Source: Verrucomicrobiota bacterium
GTDB lineage: Bacteria; Verrucomicrobiota; Verrucomicrobiia; Limisphaerales; JAFGQR01
Assembly: GCA_016935555.1 (NCBI GenBank)
Contig: JAFGQR010000160.1
Span: 3,062-67,061 of the forward strand
DNA: 64,000 bases
Reading direction: 5' to 3'
Part shown: positions 36,573-45,166 of the stretch, piece after piece
How positions within the stretch are numbered: position 1 is the stretch's first letter
How the letters are laid out: each line of letters opens with the position of its first letter
Position numbers and translations under genes: made by a program
Notes under the pieces: model-generated
Told to the model about the DNA's origin: nothing
Databases searched by the model: none
Seen by the model: only the letters and a program-made list of their open reading frames with translations

Positions 36573-38983
36573 CGGCCATGCCCCCCCCACCCCTCGCCCC
36601 CCCAGCTTCTCCGCAAGCCGCCGCGCCGGACGCGATCGACCTGGCGTTCGTCGACGAGGCCATCGCCCGCCTGGGCAACACGCCCGACGCCGTCATCCCT
36701 CTGCTCCAGGCCATCCAGGACCACTACGGCTGGCTGCCCGAAACCGCCCTGCGCCGCATCGCCGCCACCACCCGCATCCTGCCCTCCTCCATCACCGGCG
36801 TCGCCACCTTCTACGACATGTTCCGACACCAGCCCGTCGGCAAGCATGTCGTCCATGTCTGCCACGGCACCGCCTGCCACGTCGGCGGCGCCGACCGCAT
36901 CGAAGACGCCCTCCGCCGCCACCTGCGCATTGCCCCGGGCGCCCACACCGATCCCGACCGCCTGTTCACACTCGAATCCGTCGCGTGCCTCGGCTGCTGC
37001 ACGCTCGCGCCGGTGGTCAAGATCGAGGATCACATCGCCCAGGCCACCACCGAAAAGGTGCCGGACATTCTGCGCGATTTCCTGGCCAGCCGCACCCGCC
37101 CCGTCTCCCCGCAAAGCCCGGCCCCCGCCGCGCCTCCCCCGGACGGCGCCGCCCAAATCCAGGTTTGCCTTGACTCCTGCTGCGTCGCCAAGGGCACCGA
37201 CCGCATCTTCCACATCCTCCAGGAGACCATCGCGCGCACGGGCGCGCCCGTCACGGTGAAGCGCGTCGGGTGCGTCGGCGCCTGTTACCGGACGCCGATG
37301 ATTGAGATTGCCGGCCCCAGCCAGTCTCCGCGCGCCTACACGGATCTCAGCCCCGCCCGGGCGCGCACCCTGGTCGAAGCCCAGTTCCGGCCCCGCGGCT
37401 GGCAGCGGCGCGTATCGCGCTGGTGGGCGCGGGCGATCGACGGTGTGTTGCTGGACGATCCCGCCGCTCCCATCGCCGCCCGCCCCCGTGCCTTGCCCGA
37501 ACGCGATGCCGGGACCCGGGCGTTTTTCGGGCGCCAGGTCCATATTGCGATGGAACATTACGGGCGGCTCGACCCGCTCGATCTCGACGAATACCTCGCC
37601 CACGACGGCTTTGCCGGGCTGCGCCGCTGCCTCAACGAACTGCCCCCGTCCCACATCGTCGACCTCGTCGACCAATCCGGACTGCGCGGACGCGGCGGCG
37701 CCGGATTTCCCACCGGCCAGAAATGGCGCATGGTTCATCGTCAGGCGGGCGACACCAAGTACGTGATCTGCAACGGCGACGAAGGCGACCCGGGCGCGTT
37801 CATGGACCGCATGATCCTGGAGTCCTTCCCCTACCGCGTCATCGAGGGACTCGCCATCGCCGCAGTCGCCACCGGCGCCCACGACGCCATCTTCTACATC
37901 CGCCATGAATACCCCCAGGCCCTCAAACGCGTCCGAGCCGCCCTTGCCGAATGCGAGCGGCGCGGCTGGCTGGGGGCGCGTCTGATGGGCGCCGCCTACC
38001 CGCTGCGCGTCGTCATCAAGGAGGGCGCCGGCGCGTTCGTGTGCGGCGAGGAAACCGCCCTGATTGCTTCCATCGAGGGCCGGCGCGGGATGCCGCGGCT
38101 GCGCCCGCCGTTTCCTGCGCAGTCGGGTTTGCGGGGCAAGCCCACGCTGATCAACAACGTCGAGACCCTGGCGCTGGTTCCATGGGTCCTGCGTCATGGG
38201 CCCCAAGCCTTCGCCGCCATCGGCACCCGCACGAGCAAAGGCACCAAGGTGTTTGCCCTCGCCGGCCGCGTCCGTCGCGCCGGCCTCATCGAAGTCCCCA
38301 TGGGCACCACCATTCGCGACATTGTCGAGGACATCGGCGGCGGCGTGCCCGACGGACGCAAGTTCAAGGCGGTGCAGATCGGCGGGCCTTCGGGCGGCTG
38401 TCTGCCGGCGCGCCTGGCCGACACGCCTGTTGATTACGAGTCGCTGCGCGACGTGGGGGCGATCATGGGTTCGGGCGGCTTGGTGGTGCTCGACGACACC
38501 GCCTGCATGGTGGACATCGCCCGTTACTTCCTCCAGTTCACGCAAAACCAGTCCTGCGGCAAATGCACCTTCTGCCGCATCGGCACCAAGCGCATGCTCG
38601 AACTGCTGGAATTGCTCTGCGCCGGACGCGCCCAGCGCCGCGACCTGGCCGAACTCGAACACCTCGCCGTCCAAGTCAGCCAAAGCAGCCTGTGCGGCCT
38701 CGGCAAAACCGCCCCCAACCCCGTCCTGACCACCCTGCGCTACTACCGCGACGAATACGAAGCCCACCTGCAGGGACACTGCCCCGCCGGCAAATGCCCC
38801 GCCCTGATCCATTACGTCGTCACCCCCCGCTGCACCGGCTGCACCCTCTGCGCCCAGCATTGCCCTGTCGACGCCATCCCCCTTGCCCCCTACCGCCAGC
38901 ACGCGATCAACGACACCCTGTGCATCCGCTGCGATGCCTGCCGCGTCGTCTGCCCCCACGACGCCATCGACGTGAAATCCTGA
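36569..38983 (+). CDS. Fused NuoE-like [2Fe-2S] / NuoF-like FMN- and NAD(P)H-binding subunit with an extra thioredoxin-like ferredoxin and a C-terminal 2x[4Fe-4S] domain (HydB/HndC/StnBC-like)
   Basis: Internal ATG 36569 of ORF 35927..38983 overlaps the upstream stop as ATGA. NuoE motifs: LLQAIQDHYGWLP, VCHGTACHV, CLGCCTLAP. NuoF motifs: GLRGRGGAGFPTGQKW, ICNGDEGDPGAFMDR, SCGKCTFCRIG, SLCGLG. C-terminal motifs: CTGCTLCAQHCP and CIRCDACRVVCP. Confidence 0.9.
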   Translation: MTAMPPPPLAPPASPQAAAPDAIDLAFVDEAIARLGNTPDAVIPLLQAIQDHYGWLPETALRRIAATTRILPSSITGVATFYDMFRHQPVGKHVVHVCHGTACHVGGADRIEDALRRHLRIAPGAHTDPDRLFTLESVACLGCCTLAPVVKIEDHIAQATTEKVPDILRDFLASRTRPVSPQSPAPAAPPPDGAAQIQVCLDSCCVAKGTDRIFHILQETIARTGAPVTVKRVGCVGACYRTPMIEIAGPSQSPRAYTDLSPARARTLVEAQFRPRGWQRRVSRWWARAIDGVLLDDPAAPIAARPRALPERDAGTRAFFGRQVHIAMEHYGRLDPLDLDEYLAHDGFAGLRRCLNELPPSHIVDLVDQSGLRGRGGAGFPTGQKWRMVHRQAGDTKYVICNGDEGDPGAFMDRMILESFPYRVIEGLAIAAVATGAHDAIFYIRHEYPQALKRVRAALAECERRGWLGARLMGAAYPLRVVIKEGAGAFVCGEETALIASIEGRRGMPRLRPPFPAQSGLRGKPTLINNVETLALVPWVLRHGPQAFAAIGTRTSKGTKVFALAGRVRRAGLIEVPMGTTIRDIVEDIGGGVPDGRKFKAVQIGGPSGGCLPARLADTPVDYESLRDVGAIMGSGGLVVLDDTACMVDIARYFLQFTQNQSCGKCTFCRIGTKRMLELLELLCAGRAQRRDLAELEHLAVQVSQSSLCGLGKTAPNPVLTTLRYYRDEYEAHLQGHCPAGKCPALIHYVVTPRCTGCTLCAQHCPVDAIPLAPYRQHAINDTLCIRCDACRVVCPHDAIDVKS

Positions 38984-41046
38984 TGCCTGTCAACCTCACC
39001 ATCGACGGCCGCCCCGTCCAGGTCGACCCCGGCCAAACCGTGCTCGACGCCGCCCGCAAACTCGGCATCGCCATCCCCACCCTCTGCCACGTCGACGGGT
39101 TCCCTCCCGCCGCCTCGTGCTTCGTCTGCGCCGTCAAGATCGAGGGCCGCCCCAATCTCTGGCCCGCCTGCGCCCTGCCCGCCACCGAGGGGATGGTGGT
39201 GATCAATGATGCCGACGAGGTTCGCGACGCCCGCAAGACCGCCCTCGAACTGCTTCTGTCCGATCACACCGGCGATTGCATCGGGCCCTGCCGCCTGGGA
39301 TGTCCCGCCCGCCTCGACATCCCCAACTTCATCTCCCGGATCGCCGCCGGCGACTCCCGCCGCGCCAACGCCATCGTCACCGACGACCTCACCCTGCCCG
39401 CCTCGCTTGGCCGAATTTGCCCGCGGCTCTGCGAACAGCGCTGCCGCCGCTGCGACCTTGAACAGGCCCTCTCCATCCGCAACCTCCACCGCTTCGCCGC
39501 CGACCAGCAGCGCGATGCCGGCCTGCCCCACCTGCCCCCCAAAGACCCCCCCACAGGCAAACGCGTCGCCATCGTCGGCGCGGGCCCCGCCGGCCTCGCC
39601 GCCGCCTACCACCTCCTCCGGCGCGGCCACGACGCCGTTCTCCTCGATGCCCACCCCCTCGCCGGCGGCATGCTCCGCTACGGCATCCCCGAATTCCGCC
39701 TCCCGCGCCGCGTGCTCGATGCCGAGATCGGCGTCATCCAGAAGCTTGGCGGCCAACTCCGCCTGGGGGTGCGTCTGGGCCAGGACGTCACCCTGGACAA
39801 CCTGCGCCGCGAGTTCGACGCCGTGTTCCTCGCCGTCGGCGCCCAGGGTTCGCGCGGCCTCGGTTGCCCCGGCGAAGAGCTTGCCGCCAGCGCGCTCGGT
39901 TTCCTCGAAGAGATCGCCCACGGCCGCCCGCCCCGGCTCGGCCCGGAGGTCGTCATCGTCGGCGGCGGCAACACCGCCATGGACGCCAGCCGCTCCGCCG
40001 TCCGCCTGGGCGCCGCCTCCGTGCGCGTCCTCTACCGCCGCACCCGCCGCGAAATGCCCTGTCTGATGGAGGAAGTCGAAGCGGCCGAAGCCGAGGGTGT
40101 GAAGGTCGAGTTTCTCATCGCGCCGGAACGCCTCGAGCGCAAGGGCGGCCAGCTGCGGCTCACCTGCCTGCGCATGGAACTCGGACCGCCCGATGAGAGC
40201 GGACGCGCCCGGCCCGTGCCCGTGCCCGGCTCCGCATTCGACATCGAGGCCTCCTCCGTCATCGCCGCCATCGGCCAAACCGTCAGCCTCACCGCCCGGC
40301 ACATCCCCGACCTGCAGTTCTCCACATGGGGCATCGCCGTCAAACCTCAAACTCTCGAAACCAACCTCCCCGGCGTGTTCGCCGGCGGCGACGGCGTGAT
40401 CGGGCCCGACCTTGCCGTGCGCGCGGTTGCTGCGGGCAAGCTGGCCGCGGCGTCGATCCACCAATTCCTGATGGGCGACAAGGTCGCGGGCGCGCCGGAA
40501 CTGATCCACAGCGTCATGGGCAAGCTTGACGAAACCGAGCTGGCCGAACTGTTCCGCGACATTGAAGGCGCCGCCCGCACCCCCATGCCGCAGCTGCCCC
40601 CCTCGGAGTCCCGCGCGACGTTCGCGGAGGTGGAACTGGGGTTCTCCCCCGAAGCCGCCGCCGCCGAGTCCAAGCGCTGCCTGGGCTGCGGCTGCGGCAA
40701 AGCTCTCAACTGCCGCATCCGCCAGTATGCGGCCGAATACCATGCCGACCCCGGCCGGTTTGGCGGCGAGCGGCGCCTGTTCCGGCGCGATCTCACCCAC
40801 CCCGAGGTGGTCTACGAGCCGGGCAAATGCATCCTCTGTGGCGCCTGCGTCCAGGTCGCCCTTGAGGCAGGCGACGATCTCGGCCTGGCCTTCTTCGGAC
40901 GCGGCTTTGCGACGAGCGTGGCCGTGCCGTTCAACCGGCCCATGGCCGAGGCCCTCAAAACCTGCGCCAAGCGCGCCGCCGAAGTCTGTCCCACCGGCGC
41001 CATCATGCTCCGCGGCACCGGCTGCGCCGGCTGCCGGTTTGCGTGA
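38983..41046 (+). CDS. [2Fe-2S] (NuoG/HydA-N-like) domain fused to a GltD/NfnB-like NAD(P)H-FAD oxidoreductase and a C-terminal Fe-S domain
   Basis: Internal ATG 38983 of ORF 38563..41046 overlaps the upstream stop as TGATG. The N-terminus reads MPVNLTIDGRPVQV...TLCHVDGFPPAASCFVCAV. GltD-like motifs: CPRLCEQRC, KRVAIVGAGPAGLAAAYHL, YGIPEFRLP, VVIVGGGNTAMDASRSA, FAGGDGV. The C-terminus reads CLGCGCG...CILCGACVQV...CPTGAI. Confidence 0.9.
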   Translation: MPVNLTIDGRPVQVDPGQTVLDAARKLGIAIPTLCHVDGFPPAASCFVCAVKIEGRPNLWPACALPATEGMVVINDADEVRDARKTALELLLSDHTGDCIGPCRLGCPARLDIPNFISRIAAGDSRRANAIVTDDLTLPASLGRICPRLCEQRCRRCDLEQALSIRNLHRFAADQQRDAGLPHLPPKDPPTGKRVAIVGAGPAGLAAAYHLLRRGHDAVLLDAHPLAGGMLRYGIPEFRLPRRVLDAEIGVIQKLGGQLRLGVRLGQDVTLDNLRREFDAVFLAVGAQGSRGLGCPGEELAASALGFLEEIAHGRPPRLGPEVVIVGGGNTAMDASRSAVRLGAASVRVLYRRTRREMPCLMEEVEAAEAEGVKVEFLIAPERLERKGGQLRLTCLRMELGPPDESGRARPVPVPGSAFDIEASSVIAAIGQTVSLTARHIPDLQFSTWGIAVKPQTLETNLPGVFAGGDGVIGPDLAVRAVAAGKLAAASIHQFLMGDKVAGAPELIHSVMGKLDETELAELFRDIEGAARTPMPQLPPSESRATFAEVELGFSPEAAAAESKRCLGCGCGKALNCRIRQYAAEYHADPGRFGGERRLFRRDLTHPEVVYEPGKCILCGACVQVALEAGDDLGLAFFGRGFATSVAVPFNRPMAEALKTCAKRAAEVCPTGAIMLRGTGCAGCRFA

Positions 41047-41055
41047 GCCCAGCCC

Positions 41056-41784
41056 ATGCTCTCCGAGAAACCGTGGAAACCCGAGGCCATCATGCTGCTG
41101 GCGTCGGCCGTTTTCTTTTGCCTCGCCGCCACGGTCGGCATTGGCTTGGGCCTGGAGTTCCTGTTGCCGAATCTGCCCGTCGAGAGGCGCCAATTCTACA
41201 ACTTCCTCACCAGTTCGCTGGGCTTCCACGGGATGATCCTGGTTCTGACCGTTCCGTTCCTCAAGTTTCACGGAACCACGTGGCGGCAGTTCCTCGGCTT
41301 CGACCAGGCGCGGTGGCGACGCCACGTGGCCATCGCCGCCGGTCTCGCCGTCCCGCTCGTCCCCTTTGAGCTGGCCCTGAACCACTTGGCCGCCCAGCTT
41401 CTGCTCTGGCTCACGGTCACCCCGGAATACCAGTCCACCATCAAGGTGCTCCAAGTCAGCGTCAGCCCCTGGCAACGCGCCTGCTTCGGCGCCGCCGCCA
41501 TCGGCCTCGCCCCCCTGGCCGAGGAAATCCTCTTCCGCGGCATCCTCTACCCCGTCGTTAAGCAACTCGGCCGCCCCCAACTCGCCGTGATCGGCACCTC
41601 CCTTCTTTTTGCCGCCATCCATTCCAACCTTATGACCTTCCTGCCTCTGTTTGTCTTCTCCCTCCTCATGATCTGGCTCTACGAACACACGGACACCCTC
41701 GCCGCCCCCGTCATTGCCCACGCCCTGTTCAATGCCGCCAACTTCACCCTCTTCTTCTTTGAACCCCAGCTCCGAAGTGCTTGA
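41056..41784 (+). CDS. CPBP-family intramembrane glutamic endopeptidase (CAAX protease/Abi)
   Basis: 242 aa, polytopic, with motifs EEILFRG, LLFAAIHSN and HALFNAANF. Confidence 0.85.
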   Translation: MLSEKPWKPEAIMLLASAVFFCLAATVGIGLGLEFLLPNLPVERRQFYNFLTSSLGFHGMILVLTVPFLKFHGTTWRQFLGFDQARWRRHVAIAAGLAVPLVPFELALNHLAAQLLLWLTVTPEYQSTIKVLQVSVSPWQRACFGAAAIGLAPLAEEILFRGILYPVVKQLGRPQLAVIGTSLLFAAIHSNLMTFLPLFVFSLLMIWLYEHTDTLAAPVIAHALFNAANFTLFFFEPQLRSA

Positions 41785-41794
41785 ATCAGCCCCG

Positions 41795-42733
41795 GTGAAC
41801 GAACTCGACCTCATCCGCCTCCTGACCCAAAACCTCCCCACCCACCCCGCCGTCGTCGTCGGCCCCGGCGACGACTGCGCCGTGCTCGACCTCGGCCTGC
41901 CGGACCACTGGCTGCTCTTCAAAACCGACGCCATCGTCGAAGACACCCATTTCACCCGCGATACCCCCCCCGAAGACGTCGGCCATAAAGCCCTTGCCCG
42001 CCCCCTCAGCGACATCGCCGCCATGGCCGGCACGCCCACCGCCGCCCTCGTCACCGCCGCCCTGCCCGCCACGTTCGACCCCCGGCGCGTCTGCGCCGTC
42101 TACAACGGCATCACCCGCCTCGCCCAACGCTGCCACGTCGCCATCGCCGGCGGCGAAACCACCCGCACCCCCGACCGCATCCTCCTCTCCGTCTCCGTCC
42201 TCGGCACCGTCCCCCGCCGCCGCTGCCCCCTCCGCTCCGCCGCACAACCCGGCGACGCTATTTTCGTATCGGGCGACCTTGGCGGGTCGCTCGCCGGCAA
42301 ACACCTCCGCTTCGAACCCCGCCTGTCGGAGGCGCGCTGGCTCGCCGAACACTTTCCCATCCATGCCATGATCGACCTGAGCGACGGCATCGCCACCGAC
42401 CTGCCCCATGTCCTCGACGCCAGCCACGTCGGCGCCGAATTGCTCAAATCCGCCATCCCCGTCAGCCGCGCCGCCCGCACCCGCGCCCGCACCCGCCAAT
42501 CGCCGAAAGCCGCGCTCCTGGCGGCGCTGACCGACGGTGAGGATTTCGAGCTGCTCTTCACGCTTCCGCCCCGGCACGCTGTTTCTCTGTTCGACCGCTG
42601 GACACGGCAGTTCCCCGGCCTGCGCCTCAGTTGCATCGGCAAAATCACCGCCCAGCCGGGTCTCACCCTGCGCGATGCATCCGGCCTGCAACCCCTCGCC
42701 GCTCATGGCTACGTGCATTTCGACAAGCCCTGA
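41795..42733 (+). CDS. thiL: Thiamine-monophosphate kinase
   Basis: ELDLIRLL, GPGDDCAVL, KTDAIVEDTHF, LSDIAAMAG and GGETT. The listed start is TTG at 41714, inside the upstream gene. GTG at 41795, just after the CPBP stop, is more plausible; the start remains uncertain. Confidence 0.85.
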   Translation: MNELDLIRLLTQNLPTHPAVVVGPGDDCAVLDLGLPDHWLLFKTDAIVEDTHFTRDTPPEDVGHKALARPLSDIAAMAGTPTAALVTAALPATFDPRRVCAVYNGITRLAQRCHVAIAGGETTRTPDRILLSVSVLGTVPRRRCPLRSAAQPGDAIFVSGDLGGSLAGKHLRFEPRLSEARWLAEHFPIHAMIDLSDGIATDLPHVLDASHVGAELLKSAIPVSRAARTRARTRQSPKAALLAALTDGEDFELLFTLPPRHAVSLFDRWTRQFPGLRLSCIGKITAQPGLTLRDASGLQPLAAHGYVHFDKP

Positions 42734-43235
42734 CGACACGCTCGCCCTCGGATCGCGCTGGGGCCGCAACGCGCAGTCCGGCTGGCTCATCGGCCTGAGC
42801 GGTGACCTCGGCGCCGGCAAAACCCTGCTCGTCAAAGGCCTCGCCCGCGGCCTCGAGATCATTGCCCCCGTCCGCTCCCCCACCTTCGCCCTCCTCCATA
42901 CCTACCCCGGCGGCCGATTGCCGCTCGTCCACCTGGACTTTTACCGCCTCGAATCCCCGCTCCAAATCCATCGCGCCGGCCTCGAAGACTACCTCACCTG
43001 CCCGTCCGGAGTCACAGTCGTGGAGTGGATCGAACGCTGGTGGAACGTCACGACAACACCCCAGCCGGACACTCCGGCGCGCCGCGCCAGCCCGGCCCAC
43101 CGTGCCGCTGACGCCTGCCTCTCCCCCGCCCCGCCTCCCCGGGATCTGCCTCCCGGGGTGCGCTACCGCCACGTCCGGCTCGAATGCCTCACCGAAACCA
43201 CCCGGCGCATCGTCTATGAGGATTTTGGCCCTTGA
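42705..43235 (+). CDS. tsaE: tRNA t6A37 threonylcarbamoyl-transfer complex ATPase subunit
   Basis: Internal ATG 42705 of ORF 42537..43235. The P-loop reads GLSGDLGAGKTLLVKGLARGL, followed by SPTFALLHTY and HLDFYRL. The C-terminal extension is unusually long. Confidence 0.8.
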   Translation: MATCISTSPDDTLALGSRWGRNAQSGWLIGLSGDLGAGKTLLVKGLARGLEIIAPVRSPTFALLHTYPGGRLPLVHLDFYRLESPLQIHRAGLEDYLTCPSGVTVVEWIERWWNVTTTPQPDTPARRASPAHRAADACLSPAPPPRDLPPGVRYRHVRLECLTETTRRIVYEDFGP

Positions 43236-43878
43236 ATTCTCGTCGCCGCGCCGCAGCGCTGCTGTGGTCGACGCTCCGCCCGGTCGCTCACCCGTCGTGC
43301 TCGGCGAAGCCGCCGAACACCACGCAAGCCACACCCGCGCCTTTGCGTTGATCGACCGAGCTCTCGATGCCGCCGGCCTGCCACGCGACCGCGTGGACTG
43401 CCTTGCCGTCGGCCTCGGCCCCGGCAGTTACACTGGCATCCGCATTGCCATCGCCATCGCCCAAGGCTGGCGCCTCGCACGCAGCGTCCGCCTCCTGGGC
43501 ATCCCCACTCCGGATTGCCTCGCGCAACAAGCCCACGCCGCCGGCTTCCGCGGCCGCGCCCACTTTCTCATCGACGCCCAGCACCATGAATTCTACCTGG
43601 CCACAACCCATCTCCACCAAGCCGGCCCCGGGCCCCTCAGTGCTCTGCGCCTGGCCACTCTCGACGAACTCCGCGCCCTGTGCCGGACGGAGGACCTTCT
43701 GTTCGGCTACGATGTCCAGCACGCCTTCCCCCACACCCAATCCCTGTTCCCCCACGCCGCCGCCTGCGCCCGCCTCGCCATCGCATGGTCCAACGCCGTC
43801 CACACCGATCCGCTCGAGCCCCTCACCCTGAAAACCCCCGCCTTCGTCAAAGCCCCACCCCCACGAACCGATCCCTGA
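43216..43878 (+). CDS. tsaB: tRNA t6A37 threonylcarbamoyl-transfer complex dimerization subunit
   Basis: Internal ATG 43216 of ORF 42802..43878 gives MRILALEFSS... and VGLGPGSYTGIRIAIAIAQG. It overlaps the end of tsaE by 20 nt. Confidence 0.8.
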   Translation: MRILALEFSSPRRSAAVVDAPPGRSPVVLGEAAEHHASHTRAFALIDRALDAAGLPRDRVDCLAVGLGPGSYTGIRIAIAIAQGWRLARSVRLLGIPTPDCLAQQAHAAGFRGRAHFLIDAQHHEFYLATTHLHQAGPGPLSALRLATLDELRALCRTEDLLFGYDVQHAFPHTQSLFPHAAACARLAIAWSNAVHTDPLEPLTLKTPAFVKAPPPRTDP

Positions 43879-43885
43879 ATTCCCC

Positions 43886-45031
43886 ATGATCCCCAACTCC
43901 CACCGCTGCTGGGCTGAAGTCGACCTCGACGCGCTCCGCGAAAATCTCGCCTGGATCCGCCACCGGGTCGGCCCGGACGTCCAAATCATGACCGTCGTCA
44001 AAGCCGATGCCTACGGCCACGGCCTCAAACCCATCGCCGCTCTTCTCATGCAAAGCGGCACCGACATCTTCGGCGTCGCCAACCTCACCGAGGCGCGCCA
44101 TATCCGCGCCGTCGGCAAAGGCTGGCCCATCCTCATGCTCGGCGCCTGCCTCCCCGATGAAATCCCGCTGGCCGTTCGTGACGACGTGCGGCCCACCCTC
44201 TCCTCCCTCCCCGAAGCCAAAGCCTTCCACGCCGCCGCCGCCCGCGCCCGCAAAATCCTCGCCGTCCACCTGAAGGTCGACACCGGCATGGGTCGGCTTG
44301 GCGTCCCTCTCTCCGACGCGCCCGCCCTGGTCCGCCACATCCAGCGCCTGTCCGCCCTCCGCCTGGAAGGTCTCTACACGCACTTCTGCGCCGTCGAAGA
44401 CGACGCCGTCTTTTCCCGCCGCCAGGCCGAGCAGTTCCGACGCCTGGTTGACACCCTCGACGCCTGCCGGCTCAAGCCGCCCCTGATCCACGCCAACAAC
44501 AGCGGCGCTCTGCTCCACCAACCCGACACCCACTTCAACCTGGTCCGCCCCGGCCTCCTGGTCTACGGCGTGTCCCCGCCCGGTAAACGCCGCTCCACCT
44601 CCCGCCTCGCCCGGGACGTCCGCGCCGCCCTCTCCTGGAAATGCCGCGTCAGCCTCGTCAAAACCATCCCCCCAGGCACCCCCCTGAGCTACGGACGCAC
44701 TTTCGTCGCGCGCCGCACCATGCGCGTCGCCACCCTCACCGCCGGCTACGGCGACGGCTACGCCCGCGCCGGCAGCAACCGAGCCGAGGTCCTCATCCGC
44801 GGACACCGCTGCCCCGTTGTCGGACGCATCACCATGGACCAGATGCTTGCCGATGTGTCTCGCGTTCCCCGCGTCCGATGCGGCGACGACGTCGTGCTCA
44901 TTGGGCGCGAGGGCCGCCAGCAGATCACCGCCCACGAACTGGCCCTCCACTTCGGCACCGTCCCGTGGGAAGTCCTCACGGCCATCACGTGCCGCGTGCC
45001 CCGCCTCTACCACGGCGCCACCGCCGCCTGA
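43886..45031 (+). CDS. alr: Alanine racemase
   Basis: CWAEVDLDALRENL, the PLP-lysine motif VVKADAYGHG, GVANLTEA, RPGLLVYG and GRITMDQ. Confidence 0.9.
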   Translation: MIPNSHRCWAEVDLDALRENLAWIRHRVGPDVQIMTVVKADAYGHGLKPIAALLMQSGTDIFGVANLTEARHIRAVGKGWPILMLGACLPDEIPLAVRDDVRPTLSSLPEAKAFHAAAARARKILAVHLKVDTGMGRLGVPLSDAPALVRHIQRLSALRLEGLYTHFCAVEDDAVFSRRQAEQFRRLVDTLDACRLKPPLIHANNSGALLHQPDTHFNLVRPGLLVYGVSPPGKRRSTSRLARDVRAALSWKCRVSLVKTIPPGTPLSYGRTFVARRTMRVATLTAGYGDGYARAGSNRAEVLIRGHRCPVVGRITMDQMLADVSRVPRVRCGDDVVLIGREGRQQITAHELALHFGTVPWEVLTAITCRVPRLYHGATAA

Positions 45032-45166
45032 TCGCCGGAATCCCCCCCGCCCTCGCCCCACGCCCGCCCACGCGTGTTGTCTCCCGCTCGACTTGGGCGG
45101 GACGCGGCGGGTGCCGGGGATCCGCTCGAGAGCCGGACGGGATCGCGTTGTTGCCGATGAGGACGG

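Noticed and set aside
36581-36603. Two poly-C tracts (C8 at 36581-36588, C7 at 36597-36603) just after the NuoEF-like start codon, considered as possible phase-variation tracts
   Set aside because: They encode a Pro-rich N-terminus (MTAMPPPPLAPPASP), consistent with the genome's GC bias. With a single sequence there is no evidence of length variation.
36380-42072. Long minus-strand ORFs 36380..38959 (859 aa) and 38890..42072 (1,060 aa)
   Set aside because: They are antisense to the NuoEF-like, GltD-like, CPBP and thiL genes, all of which show unambiguous cofactor or catalytic motifs on the + strand.
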